From the NCBI RefSeq assembly GCF_009914755.1, contig NC_060927.1: a DNA stretch of 64,000 nucleotides; one strand, 5' to 3'. The notes beneath the pieces were generated by a model. The model had not been told where the DNA came from. It made no database searches and saw only the letters and a program-made list of their open reading frames with translations. The translations under genes and the position numbers were made by a program. This document shows, piece after piece, positions 63,343-64,000 of the stretch. The stretch comes from the human T2T-CHM13v2.0 reference genome, Homo sapiens. The first letter of the stretch is position 1. Each line of letters begins with the position of its first letter.

Positions 63343-64000
63343 TATTATTGTTATTTTATAATTTTTTATTATACTTTAAGTTCTAGGGTACATGTGCACA
63401 ACATGCAGGTTTGTTACATATGCATATATGTGCCATGTTGGTGTGCTGCACCCATTAACTCGTCATTTACATTAGGTATGTCTCCTAATGCTATCCCTCC
63501 CCTCACCCCCACCCCACAACAGGCCCCGGTGTGTGATGTTCCCCTTCCTGTGTCCAAGTGTTCTCATTGTTCAATTCCCACCTATGAGTGAGAACATGTG
63601 GTGTTTGTTTTTTTGTCCTTGAGATAGTTTGCTGAGAATGATGGTTTCCAGCTTCATCCATGTCCCTACAAAGGACATAAACTCATCATTTTTTATGGCT
63701 GCATAGTATTCCATGATGTGTATGTGCCACATTTTCTTAATCTAGTCTATCATTGTTGGACATTTGGGTTGGTTCCAAGTCTTCGCTATTGTGAATAGTG
63801 CCGCAATAAACATACATGTGCTCATCATCATTGGCCATCAGGGAAATGCAAGTCCAAACCACAATGAGATATCATCTCACACCAGTTAGAATGGTGATCA
63901 TTAAAAAGTCAGGAAACAACAGGTGCTGGAGAGGATGTGGAGAAATAGGAACACTTTTACACTGTCGGTGGGACTGTAAACTAGTTCAACCATTGTGGAA
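63343..64000 (-). mobile_element. L1PA4/5-like element with 5' inversion (minus 63343-63821, plus 63819-64000, runs off the window)
   Basis: 3'UTR ttctagggtacatgtgcacaacatgcagg; strand switch at catacatgTGCtcatcatca. Confidence 0.92.

Overview
This is primate (human-like) AT-rich non-coding genomic DNA, well over half of it interspersed repeats. It contains three ~5 kb + strand L1MA relics (17.5-34.5 kb), nested minus-strand L1M/L1PB/L1PA elements (7.8-14.1 kb), about 16 Alus, MaLR/ERVL/ERV1 LTRs (including an intact solo LTR12C), an ERVL provirus remnant, two MER2 DNA transposons and a 1.5 kb AT-rich minisatellite that grew inside an Alu tail. I find no host protein-coding exon or RNA gene, and no evidence of a novel biological system. 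The only long ORF (606 aa) is a 5'-truncated L1PA3-like ORF2. The most interesting signals are retrotransposition mechanics readable from target-site duplications (TSDs): an L1 3' transduction of an LTR8-like poly(A) region on an apparently chimeric L1, an AluY with a foreign 5' leader, a tail-less 3'-truncated Alu between TSDs, and a twin-priming L1 inversion. There are also a few candidate enhancers and non-coding exons. Subfamily names come from recalled consensus sequences, not from a RepeatMasker run, and boundaries without a TSD are approximate.
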